Shown: one piece after another, positions 13,401-26,590 of the stretch
Numbering within the stretch: the first letter of the stretch is position 1
How the letters are laid out: the number at the start of each line of letters is the position of its first letter
NCBI GenBank assembly: GCA_964016885.1
Contig: OZ024743.1
Location: 211,234,001-211,298,000 of the forward strand
Direction of reading: 5' to 3'
Length of the DNA: 64,000 bases
Source: Eledone cirrhosa
Lineage: Eukaryota
Position numbers and translations under genes: made by a program
The notes under the pieces: model-generated
What the model was told of the DNA's origin: nothing
Databases searched by the model: none
Seen by the model: only the letters and a program-made list of their open reading frames with translations

Positions 13401-14590
13401 AATTGAGAGATCATAGCTCTGATACTACAGACATGCGGTTAGAATGTCTGAGGAAAGAATCACTAGAGAGCTGTTCCAGGTAGAGCCGCTAATTCACTGA
13501 ATTGAGAGATCATAGCTCTGATACTACAGACATGTGGTTAGAATGTCTGAGGAAAGAATCACTAGAGAGCTGTTCCAGGTAGAGCCACTAATTCACTGAA
13601 TTGAGAGATCACAGCTCTGATATTACAGACATGGGGTTAGAATGTCTCAGGAAAGAATCACTAGAGAGCTGTTCAAGGTAGAGCCACTAATTCACTGAAT
13701 TGAGAGATCACAGCTCTGATATTACAGACATGTGGTTAGAATGTCTGAGGAAAGAATCACTGGAGAGCTGTTCCAGGTAGAGCCGCTAATTCACTGAATT
13801 GAGAGATCATAGCTCTGATACTACAGACATGCGGTTAGAATGTCTGAGGAAAGAATCACTAGAGAGCTGTTCCAGGTAGAGCTGCTAATTCACTGAATTG
13901 AGAGATCATAGCTCTGATACTACAGACATGTGGTTAGAATGTCTGAGGAAAGAATCACTAGAGAGCTGTTCCAGGTAGAGCCACTAATTCACTGAATTGA
14001 GAGATCACAGCTCTGATATTACAGACATGTGGTTAGAATGTCTGAGGAAAGAATCACTAGAGAGCTGTTCCAGGTAGAGCCACTAATTCACTGAATTGAG
14101 ACATTACAGCTCTGATATTACAGACATGTGGTTAGAATGTCTGAGGAAAGAATCACTAGAGAGCTGTTCCAGGTAGAGCCGCTAATTCACTGAATTGAGA
14201 GATCATAGCTCTGATACTACAGACATGTGGTAAGAATGTCTCAGGAAAGAATCACTGGAGAGCTGTTCCAGGTAGAGCCACTAATTCACTGAATTGAGAG
14301 ATCATAGCTCTGATATTACAGACATGTGGTTAGAATGTCTGAGGAAAGAATCACTAGAGAGCTGTTCCAGGTAGAGCCACTAATTAACTGAATTGAGAGA
14401 TCACAATTCTGATATTACAGACATGTGGTTAGAATGTCTCAGGAAAGAATCACTGGAGAGCTGTTCCAGGTAGAGCCACTAATTCACTGAATTGAGAGAT
14501 CACAGCTCTGATATTACAGACATGTGGTTAGAATGTCTGAGGAAAGAATCACTAGAGAGCTGTTCCAGGTAGAGCCACTAATTCACTGAA
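7490..14590. repeat. Nested higher-order block: 18-mer (1782 bp) plus 15-mer (1485 bp) forming a duplicated 33-mer (3267 bp)
   Basis: AGCTGTTCTAGG at 8321/10103/11588/13370 and AGCTGCTAAT at 8831/10613/12098/13880 give spacings 1782, 1485, 1782. ATACTACTGA at 9561/12828 and CACTAATTAA at 11111/14378 give offset 3267. Confidence 0.9.
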
Positions 14591-17500
14591 ATGAGAGATC
14601 ATAGCTCTGATACTACACACATGCGGTTAGAATGTCTGAGGAAAGAATCACTAGAGAGCTGTTCCAGGTAGAGCCGCTAATTCACTGAATTGAGAGATCA
14701 TAGCTCTGATACTACAGACATGTGGTTAGAATGTCTGAGGAAAGAATCACTAGAGAGCTGTTCCAGGTAGAGCCACTAATTCACTGAATTGAGAGATCAC
14801 AGCTCTGATATTACAGACATGGGGTTAGAATGTCTGAGGAAAGAATCACTAGAGAGCTGTTCCAGGTAGAGCCGCTAATTCACTGAATTGAGAGATCATA
14901 GCTCTGATACTACAGACATGAGGTTAGAATGTCTGAGGAAAGAATCACTAGAGAGCTGTTCCAGGTAGAGCCGCTAATTCACTCAATTGAGGGATTATAG
15001 CTCTGATACTACAGACATGTGGTTAGAATGTCTGAGGAAAGAATCACTAGAGAGCTGTTCCAGGTAGAGCCACTAATTCACTGAATTGAGAGATCACAGC
15101 TCTGATATTACAGACATGTGGTTAGAATGTCTGAGTAAAGAATCACTGGAGAGCTGTTCCAGGTAGAGCCACGAATTCACTGAATTGAGAGATCACAGCT
15201 CTGATATTACAGACATGTGGTTAGAATGTCTGAGGAAAGAATCACTAGAGAGCTGTTCCAGGTAGAGCCACTAATTCACTGAATTGAGAGATCACAGCTC
15301 TGATATTACAGACATGTTGTTAGAATGTCTGAGGAAAGAATCACTAGAGAGCTGTTCCAGGTAGAGCCACTAATTCACTGAATTGAGAGATCACAGCTCT
15401 GATATTACAGACATGGGGTTAGAATGTCTGAGGAAAGAATCACTGGAGAGCTGTTCCAGGTAGAGCCACTAATTCACTGAATTGAGAGATTACAGCTCTG
15501 ATATTACAGACATGGGGTTAGAATGTCTGAGGAAAGAATCACTGGAGAGCTGTTCCAGGTAGAGCCGCTAATTCACTGAATTGAGAGATCATAGCTCTGA
15601 TACTACAGACATGCGGTTAGAATGTCTGAGGAAAGAATCACTAGAGAGCTGTTCCAGGTAGAGCCGCTAATTCACTGAATTGAGAGATCATAGCTCTGAT
15701 ACTACAGACATGTGGTTAGAATGTCTGAGGAAAGAATCACTAGAGAGCTGTTCCAGGTAGAGCCACTAATTCACTGAATTGAGAGATCACAGCTCTGATA
15801 TTACAGACATGTGGTTAGAATGTCTGAGTAAAGAATCACTGGAGAGCTGTTCCAGGTAGAGCCACGAATTCACTGAATTGAGAGATCACAGCTCTGATAT
15901 TACAGACATGCGGTTAGAATGTCTGAGGAAAGAATCACTAGAGAGCTGTTCCAGGTAGAGCCGCTAATTCACTGAATTGAGAGATCATAGCTCTGATACT
16001 ACAGACATGCGGTTAGAATGTCTGAGGAAAGAATCACTAGAGAGCTGTTCCAGGTAGAGCCGCTAATTCACTGAATTGAGAGATCATAGCTCTGATACTA
16101 CAGACATGTGGTTAGAATATCTGAGGAAAGAATCACTAGAGAGCTGTTCCAGGTAGAGCCACTAATTCACTGAATTGAGAGATCACAGCTCTGATATTAC
16201 AGACATGTGGTTAGAATGTCTGAGTAAAGAATCACTGGAGAGCTGTTCCAGGTAGAGCCACGAATTCACTGAATTGAGAGATCACAGCTCTGATATTACA
16301 GACATGTGGTTAGAATGTCTGAGGAAAGAATCACTAGAGAGCTGTTCCAGGTAGAGCCACTAATTCACTGAATTGAGAGATCACAGCTCTGATATTACAG
16401 ACATGTTGTTAGAATGTCTGAGGAAAGAATCACTAGAGAGCTGTTCCAGGTAGAGCCACTAATTCACTGAATGGAGAGATCACAGCTCTGATATTACAGA
16501 CATGGGGTTAGAATGTCTGAGGAAAGAATCACTGGAGAGCTGTTCCAGGTAGAGCCACTAATTCACTGAATTGAGAGATTACAGCTCTGATATTACAGAC
16601 AGGGGGTTAGAATGTCTGAGGAAAGAATCACTGGAGAGCTGTTCCAGGTAGAGCCGCTAATTCACTGAATTGAGAGATCATAGCTCTGATACTACAGACA
16701 TGCGGTTAGAATGTCTGAGGAAAGAATCACTAGAGAGCTGTTCCAGGTAGAGCCGCTAATTCACTGAATTGAGAGATCATAGCTCTGATACTACAGACAT
16801 GTGGTTAGAATGTCTGAGGAAAGAATCACTAGAGAGCTGTTCCAGGTAGAGCCACTAATTCACTGAATTGAGAGATCACAGCTCTGATATTACAGACATG
16901 GGGTTAGAATGTCTGAGGAAAGAATCACTAGAGAGCTGTTCCAGGTAGAGCCGCTAATTCACTGAATTGAGAGATCATAGCTCTGATACTACAGACATGA
17001 GGTTAGAATGTCTGAGGAAAGAATCACTAGAGAGCTGTTCCAGGTAGAGCCGCTAATTCACTCAATTGAGAGATCATAGCTCTGATACTACAGACATGTG
17101 GTTAGAATGTCTGAGGAAAGAATCACTAGAGAGCTGTTCCAGGTAGAGCCACTAATTCACTGAATTGAGAGATCACAGCTCTGATATTACAGACATGTGG
17201 TTAGAATGTCTCAGGAAAGAATCACTAGAGACCTGTTCCAGGTAGAGCCACTAATTGACTGAATTGAGAGATCATAGCTCTGATATTACAGACATGTGGT
17301 TAGAATGTCTGAGGAAAGAATCACTAGAGAGCTGTTCCAGGTAGAGCCACTAATTCACTGAATTGAGACATTACAGCTCTGATATTACAGACATGTGGTT
17401 AGAATGTCTGTGTAAAGAATCACTGGAGAGCTGTTCCAGGTAGAGCCACTAATTCACTGAATTGAGAGATCACAGCTCTGATATTACAGACATGTGGTTG

Positions 17501-19899
17501 GAATGTCTGAGGAAAGAATCACTAGAGAGCTGTTCCAGGTAGAGCCACTAATTCACTGAATTGAGAGATCACAGCTCTGATATTACAGACATGTGGTTAG
17601 AATGTCTGAAGAAAGAATCACTAGAGAGCTGTTCCAGGTAGAGCCACTAGTTCACTGAATTGAGAGATCATAGCTCTGATACTACAGACATGCGGTTAGA
17701 ATGTCTGAGGAAAGAATCACTAGAGAGCTGTTCCAGGTAGAGCCACTAATTCACTGAATTGAGAGATCATAGCTCTGATACTACAGACATGTGGTTAGAA
17801 TGTCTGAGGAAAGAATCACTTGAGAGCTGTTCCAGGTAGAGCCACTAATTCACTGAATTGAGAGATCACAGCTCTGATATTACAGACATGGGGTTAGAAT
17901 GTCTCAGGAAAGAATCACTAGAGAGCTGTTCAAGGTAGAGCCACTAATTCACTGAATTGAAAGATCACAGCTCTGATATTACAGACATGTGGTTAGAATG
18001 TCTGAGGAAAGAATCACTGGAGAGCTGTTCCAGGTACAGCCGCTAATTCACTGAATTGAGAGATCATAGCTCTGATACTACAGACATGCGGTTAGAATGT
18101 CTGAGGAAAGAATCACTAGAGAGCTGTTCCAGGTAGAACCGCTAATTCACTGAATTGAGAGATCATAGCTCTGATACTACAGACATGTGGTTAGAATGTC
18201 TGAGGAAAGAATCACTAGAGAGCTGTTCCAGGTAGAGCCACTAATTCACTGAATTGAGAGATCACAGCTCTGATATTACAGACATGGGGTTAGAATGTCT
18301 GAGGAAAGAATCACTAGAGAGCTGTTCCAGGTAGAGCCGCTAATTCACTGAATTGAGAGATCATAGCTCTGATACTACAGACATGAGGTTAGAATGTCTG
18401 AGGAAAGAATCACTAGAGAGCTGTTCCAGGTAGAGCCGCTAATTCACTCAATTGAGAGATCATAGCTCTGATACTACAGACATGTGGTTAGAATGTCTGA
18501 GGAAAGAATCACTAGAGAGCTGTTCCAGGTAGAGCCACTAATTCACTGAATTGAGAGATCACAGCTCTGATATTACAGACATGTGGTTAGAATGTCTGAG
18601 GAAAGAATCACTAGAGAGCTGTTCCAGGTAGAGCCACTAATTCACTGAATTGAGACATTACAGCTCTGATATTACAGACAGGTGGTTGGAATGTCTGAGG
18701 AAAGAATCACTAGAGAGCTGTTCCATGTAGAGCCACTAATTCACTGAATTGAGAGATCACAGCTCTGATATTACAGACATGTGGTTAGAATGTCTCAGGA
18801 AAGAATCACTAGAGACCTGTTCCAGGTAGAGCCACTAATTGACTGAATTGAGAGATCACAGCTCTGATATTACAGACATGTGGTTAGAATGTCTGAGGAA
18901 AGAATCACTAGAGATCTGTTCCAGGTAGAGCCGCTAATTCACTGAATTGAGAGATCATAGCTCTGATACTACAGACATGCGGTTAGAATGTCTGAGGAAA
19001 GAATCACTAGAGAGCTGTTCCAGGTAGAGCCGCTAATTCACTCAATTGAGAGATCATAGCTCTGATACTACAGATATGTGGTTAGAATGTCTGAGGAAAG
19101 AATCACTAGAGAGCTGTTCCAGGTAGAGCCGCTAATTCACTGAATTGAGAGATCATAGCTCTGATACTACAGACATGCGGTTGGAATGTCTGAGGAAAGA
19201 ATCACTAGAGAGCTGTTTCAGGTAGAGCCACTAATTCACTGAATTGAGAGATCACAGCTCTGATATTACAGACATGTGGTTAGAATGTCTGAGGAAAGAA
19301 TCACTGGAGAGCTGTTCCAGGTAGAGCCACTAATTCACTGAATTGAGAGATTACAGCTCTGATATTACAGACAGGTGGTTAGAATGTCTGAGGAAAGAAT
19401 CACTAGAGAGCTGTTCCAGGTAGAGCCGCTAATTCACTGAATTGAGAGATCATAGCTCTGATACTACAGACATGTGGTTAGAATGTCTGAGGAAAGAATC
19501 ACTAGAGAGCTGTTCCAGGTAGAGCCACTAATTCACTGAATTGAGAGATCACAGCTCTGATATTACAGACATGGGGTTAGAATGTCTGAGGAAAGAATCA
19601 CTAGAGAGCTGTTCCAGGTAGAGCCGCTAATTCATTGAATTGAGAGATCACAGCTCTGATATTACAGACATGTGGTTAGAATGTCTCAGAAAAGAATCAC
19701 TAGCGAGCTGTTCAAGGTAGAGCCACTAATTCACTGAATTGAGAGTTCACAGCTCTGATATTACAGACATGTGTTTAGAATGTCTGAGGAAAGAATCACT
19801 GGAGAGCTGTTCCAGGTAGAGCCACTAATTCACTGAATTGAGAGATTACAGCTCTGATATTAGAGACAGGTGGTTAGAATGTCTGAGGAAAGAATCACT

Positions 19900-21300
19900 A
19901 GAGAGCTGTTCCAGGTAGAGCCGCTAATTCACTGAATTGAGAGATCATAGCTCTGATACTACAGACATGTGGTTAGAATGTCTGAGGAAAGAATCACTAG
20001 AGAGCTGTTCCAGGTAGAGCCACTAATTCACTGAATTGAGAGATCGTAGCTCTGATACTACAGACATGTGGTTAGAATGTCTCAGGAAAGAATCACTAGA
20101 GAGCTGTTCCAGGTAGAGCCACTAATTCACCGAATTGAGAGATCATGGCTCTGATACTACAGACGTGTGGTTAGAATGTCTGAGGAAAGAATAACTAGAG
20201 AGCTGTTCCAGGTAGAGCCACTAATTCACTGAATTGAGAGATCATAGCTCTGATATTACAGACATGTGGTTAGAATGTCTGAGGAAAGAATCACTAGAGA
20301 GCTGTTCCAGGTAGAGCCACTAATTTACTGAATTGAGAGATCACAGCTCTGATATTACAGACATGGGGTTAGAATGTCTGAGGAAAGAATTACTAGAAAG
20401 CTGTTCCAGGTGGAGCCACTAATTCACTGAATTGAGAGATCATAGCTCTGATACTACAGACATGTGGTTAGAATGTCTGAGGAAAGAATCACTAGAGAGC
20501 TGTTCCAGGTAGAGCCACTAATTCACTGAATTGAGAGATCACAGCTCTGATAATACAGACATGTGGTTAGAATGTCTGTGTAAAGAATCACTGGAGAGCT
20601 GTTCCAGGTAGAGCCACTAATTCACTGAATTGAGAGATCACAGCTCTGATATTACAGACATGTGGTTGGAATGTCTGAGGAAAGAATCACTAGAGAGCTG
20701 TTCCAGGTAGAGCCACTAATTCACTGAATTGAGAGATCACAGCTCTGATATTACAGACATGTGGTTAGAATGTCTGAAGAAAGAATCACTAGAGAGCTGT
20801 TCCAGGTAGAGCCACTAGTTCACTGAATTGAGAGATCATAGCTCTGATACTACAGACATGCGGTTAGAATGTCTGAGGAAAGAATCACTAGAGAGCTGTT
20901 CCAGGTAGAGCCGCTAATTCACTGAATTGAGAGATCATAGCTCTGAAACTACAGACATGTGGTTAGAATGTCTGAGGAAAGAATCACTAGAGAGCTGTTC
21001 CAGGTAGAGCCACTAATTCACTGAATTGAGAGATCGTAGCTCTGATACTACAGACATGTGGTTAGAATGTCTCAGGAAAGAATCACTAGAGAGCTGTTCC
21101 AGGTAGAGCCACTAATTCACCGAATTGAGAGATCATGGCTCTGATACTACAGACGTGTGGTTAGAATGTCTGAGGAAAGAATAACTAGAGAGCTGTTCCA
21201 GGTAGAGCCACTAATTCACTGAATTGAGAGATCATAGCTCTGATATTACAGACATGTGGTTAGAATGTCTGAGGAAAGAATCACTAGAGAGCTGTTCCAG
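19900..21300. repeat. Variant block repeated at a 10-monomer (990 bp) offset
   Basis: The run ATCGTAGC / CACCGAATT / ATCATGGC / GACGTGT / GAATAACT occurs twice, with its CGA at 20131 and 21121. Confidence 0.8.
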
Positions 21301-22429
21301 GTAGAGCCGCTAATTCACTGAATTGAGAGATCATAGCTCTGATACTACAGACATGTGGTTAGAATGTCTGAGGAAAGAATCACTAGAGAGCTGTTCCAGG
21401 TAGAGCCACTAATTCACTGAATTGAGAGATCACAGCTCTGATATTACAGACATGGGGTTAGAATGTCTGAGGAAAGAATCACTAGAGAGCTGTTCCAGGT
21501 AGAGCCGCTAATTCACTGAATTGAGAGATCATAGCTCTGATACTACAGACATGAGGTTAGAATGTCTGAGGAAAGAATCACTAGAGAGCTGTTCCAGGTA
21601 GAGCCGCTAATTCACTCAATTGAGAGATCATAGCTCTGATACTACAGACATGTGGTTAGAATGTCTGAGGAAAGAATCACTAGAGAGCTGTTCCAGGTAG
21701 AGCCGCTAATTCACTGAAATGAGAGATAATAGCTCTGATACTACAGACATGTGGTTAGAATGTCTGAGGAAAGAATCACTAGAGAGCTGTTCCAGGTAGA
21801 GCCACTAATTCACTGAATTGAGAGATCACAGCTCTGATATTACAGACATGGGGTTAGAATGTCTCAGGAAAGAATCACTAGAGAGCTGTTCAAGGTAGAG
21901 CCACTAATTCACTGAATTGAGAGATCACAGCTCTGATATTACAGACATGTGGTTAGAATGTCTGAGGAAAGAATCACTGGAGAGCTGTTCCAGGTAGAGC
22001 CACTAATTCACTGAATTGAGAGATCACAGCTCTGATATTACAGACATGTGGTTAGAATGTCTCAGGAAAGAATCACTAGAGACCTGTTCCAGGTAGAGCC
22101 ACTAATTGACTGAATTGAGAGATCACAGCTCTGATATTACAGACATGTGGTTAGAATGTCTGAGGAAAGAATCACTAGAGAGCTGTTCCAGGTAGAGCCG
22201 CTAATTCACTGAATTGAGAGATCATAGCTCTGATACTACAGACATGCGGTTAGAATGTCTGAGGAAAGAATCACTAGAGAGCTGTTCCAGGTAGAGCCAC
22301 TAATTCACTCAATTGAGAGATCATAGCTCTGATACTACAGATATGTGGTTAGAATGTCTGAGGAAAGAATCACTAGAGAGCTGTTCCAGGTAGAGCCGCT
22401 AATTCACTGAATTGAGAGATCATAGCTCT

Positions 22430-25400
22430 GATACTACAGACATGCGGTTGGAATGTCTGAGGAAAGAATCACTAGAGAGCTGTTTCAGGTAGAGCCACTA
22501 ATTCACTGAATTGAGAGATCACAGCTCTGATATTACAGACATGTGGTTAGAATGTCTGAGGAAAGAATCACTGGAGAGTTGTTCCAGGTAGAGCCACTAA
22601 TTCACTGAATTGAGAGATTACAGCTCTGATATTACAGACAGGTGGTTAGAATGTCTGAGGAAAGAATCACTAGAGAGCTGTTCCAGGTAGAGCCGCTAAT
22701 TCACTGAATTGAGAGATCATAGCTCTGATACTACAGACATGTGGTTAGAATGTCTGAGGAAAGAATCACTAGAGAGCTGTTCCAGGTAGAGCCACTAATT
22801 CACTGAATTGAGAGATCACAGCTCTGATATTAAAGACATGGGGTTAGAATGTCTGAGGAAAGAATCACTAGAGAGCTGTTCCAGGTAGAGCCGCTAATTC
22901 ATTGAATTGAGAGATCACAGCTCTGATATTACAGACATGTGGTTAGAATGTCTCAGAAAAGAATCACTAGCGAGCTGTTCAAGGTAGAGCCACTAATTCA
23001 CTGAATTGAGAGTTCACAGCTCTGATATTACAGACATGTGTTTAGAATGTCTGAGGAAAGAATCACTGGAGAGCTGTTCCAGGTAGAGCCACTAATTCAC
23101 TGAATTGAGAGATTACAGCGCTGATATTACAGACAGGTGGTTAGAATGTCTGAGGAAAGAATCACTAGAGAGCTGTTCCAGGTAGAGCCGCTAATTCACT
23201 GAATTGAGAGATCATAGCTCTGATACTACAGACATGTGGTTAGAATGTCTGAGGAAAGAATCACTAGAGAGCTGTTCCAGGTAGAGCCACTAATTCACTG
23301 AATTGAGAGATCGTAGCTCTGATACTACAGACATGTGGTTAGAATGTCTGAGGAAAGAATAACTAGTGAGCTGTTCCAGGTAGAGCCACTAATTCACTGA
23401 ATTGAGAGATCATAGCTCTGATATTACAGACATGCAGTTAGAATGTCTGAGGAAAGAATCACTAGAGAGCTGTTCCAGGTAGAGCCACTAATTTACTGAA
23501 TTGAGAGATCACAGCTCTGATATTACAGACATGGGGTTAGAATGTCTGAGGAAAGAATTACTAGAAAGCTGTTCCAGGTGGAGCCACTAATTCACTGAAT
23601 TGAGAGATCATAGCTCTGATACTACAGACATGTGGTTAGAATGTCTGAGCAAAGAATCACTAGAGAGCTGTTCCAGGTAGAGCCACTAATTCACTGAATT
23701 GAGAGATCACAGCTCTGATAATACAGACATGTGGTTAGAATGTCTGAGGAAAGAGTCACTAGAGAGCTGTTCCAGGTAGAGCCACTAATTTACCGAATTG
23801 AGAGATCATAGCTCTGATACTACAGACATGTGGTTTGAATGTCTGAGGAAAGAATCACTAAAGAGCTGTTCCAGGTAGAGCCACTAATTCACTGAATTGA
23901 GAGATCATAGCTCTGATATTACAGACATGGGGTTAGAATGTCTCAGGAAAGAATCACTAGAGAGCTGTTCCAGGTAGAGCCACTAATTCACTGAATTGAG
24001 AGATCACAGCTCTGATACTATAGACATGGGGTTAGAATGTTTGAGGAAAGAATCACTAGAGAGCTGTTCCAGGTAGAGCCACTAATTCACTGAATTGAGA
24101 GATCACAATTCTGATATTACAGACATGTGGTTAGAATGTCTGAGGAAAGAATCACTGGAGAGCTGTTCCAGGTAGAGCCACTAATTCACTGAATTGAGAG
24201 ATCACAGCTCTGATATTACAGACATGGGGTTAGAATGTCTCAGGAAAGAATCACTGGAGAGCTGTTGCAGGTAGAGCCACTAATTCACTGAATTGAGAGA
24301 TCATAGCTCTGATATTACAGACATGGGGTTAGAATGTCTGAGGAAAAAATCACTAGAGAGCTGTTCCAGGTAGAGCCGCTAATTCACTGAATTGAGAGAT
24401 CACAGCTCTGATATTACAGACATGGGGTTAGAATGTCTGAGGAAAGAATCACTAGAGAGCTGTTCCAGGTAGAGCCGCTAATTCACTGAATTGAGAGATC
24501 ACAGCTCTGATACTACAGACATGCGGTTGGAATGTCTGAGGAAAGAATCACTAGAGAGCTGTTTCAGGTAGAGCCACTAATTCACTGAATTGAGAGATCA
24601 CAGCTCTGATATTACAGACATGTGGTTAGAATGTCTGAGGAAAGAATCACTGGAGAGCTGTTCCAGGTAGAGCCACTAATTCACTGAATTGAGAGATTAC
24701 AGCTCTGATATTACAGACAGGTGGTTAGAATGTCTGAGGAAAGAATCACTAGAGAGCTGTTCCAGGTAGAGCCGCTAATTCACTGAATTGAGAGATCATA
24801 GCTCTGATACTACAGACATGTGGTTAGAATGTCTGAGGAAAGAATCACTAGAGAGCTGTTCCAGGTAGAGCCACTAATTCACTGAATTGAGAGATCACAG
24901 CTCTGATATTAAAGACATGGGGTTAGAATGTCTGAGGAAAGAATCACTAGAGAGCTGTTCCAGGTAGAGCCACTAATTCATTGAATTGAGAGATCACAGC
25001 TCTGATATTACAGACATGTGGTTAGAATGTCTCAGAAAAGAATCACTAGCGAGCTGTTCAAGGTAGAGCCACTAATTCACTGAATTGAGAGTTCACAGCT
25101 CTGATATTACAGACATGTGTTTAGAATGTCTGAGGAAAGAATCACTGGAGAGCTGTTCCAGGTAGAGCCACTAATTCACTGAATTGAGAGATTACAGCTC
25201 TGATATTACAGACAGGTGGTTAGAATGTCTGAGGAAAGAATCACTAGAGAGCTGTTCCAGGTAGAGCCGCTAATTCACTGAATTGAGAGATCATAGCTCT
25301 GATACTACAGACATGTGGTTAGAATGTCTGAGGAAAGAATCACTAGAGAGCTGTTCCAGGTAGAGCCACTAATTCACTGAATTGAGAGATCGTAGCTCTG

Positions 25401-26590
25401 ATACTACAGACATGTGGTTAGAATGTCTGAGGAAAGAATAACTAGAGAGCTGTTCCAGGTAGAGCCACTAATTCACTGAATTGAGAGATCATAGCTCTGA
25501 TATTACAGACATGCAGTTAGAATGTCTGAGGAAAGAATCACTAGAGAGCTGTTCCAGGTAGAGCCACTAATTTACTGAATTGAGAGATCACAGCTCTGAT
25601 ATTACAGACATGGGGTTAGAATGTCTGAGGAAAGAATTACTAGAAAGCTGTTCCAGGTGGAGCCACTAATTCACTGAATTGAGAGATCATAGCTCTGATA
25701 CTACAGACATGTGGTTAGAATGTCTGAGTAAAGAATCACTAGAGAGCTGTTCTAGGTAGAGCCACTAATTCACTGAATTGAGAGATCACAGCTCTGATAA
25801 TACAGACATGTGGTTAGAATGTCTGAGGAAAGAGTCACTAGAGAGCTGTTCCAGGTAGAGCCACTAATTTACCGAATTGAGAGATCATAGCTCTGATACT
25901 ACAGACATGTGGTTTGAATGTCTGAGGAAAGAATCACTAAAGAGCTGTTCCAGGTAGAGCCACTAATTCACTGAATTGAGAGATCATAGCTCTGATATTA
26001 CAGACATGGGGTTAGAATGTCTCAGGAAAGAATCACTAGAGAGCTGTTCCAGGTAGAGCCACTAATTCACTGAATTGAGAGATCACAGCTCTGATACTAT
26101 AGACATGGGGTTAGAATGTCTGAGGAAAGAATCACTAGAGAGCTGTTCCAGGTAGAGCCACTAATTCACTGAATTGAGAGATCACAATTCGGATATTACA
26201 GACATGTGGTTAGAATGTCTGAGGAAAGAATCACTGGAGAGCTGTTCCAGGTAGAGCCACTAATTCACTGAATTGAGAGATCACAGCTCTGATATTACAG
26301 ACATGGGGTTAGAATGTCTCAGGAAAGAATCACTGGAGAGCTGTTGCAGGTAGAGCCACTAATTCACTGAATTGAGAGATCATAGCTCTGATATTACAGA
26401 CATGGGGTTAGAATGTCTGAGGAAAAAATCACTAGAGAGCTGTTCCAGGTAGAGCCGCTAATTCACTGAATTGAGAGATCACAGCTCTGATATTACAGAC
26501 ATGGGGTTAGAATGTCTGAGGAAAGAATCACAAGAGAGCTGTTCCAGGTAGAGCCGCTAATTCACTGAATTGAGAGATCACAGCTCTGAT
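22430..26590. repeat. 21-monomer (2079 bp) tandem duplication
   Basis: TAAAGACATG at 22831/24910 and TGGTTTGAAT at 23831/25910, both offset 2079. Confidence 0.88.
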
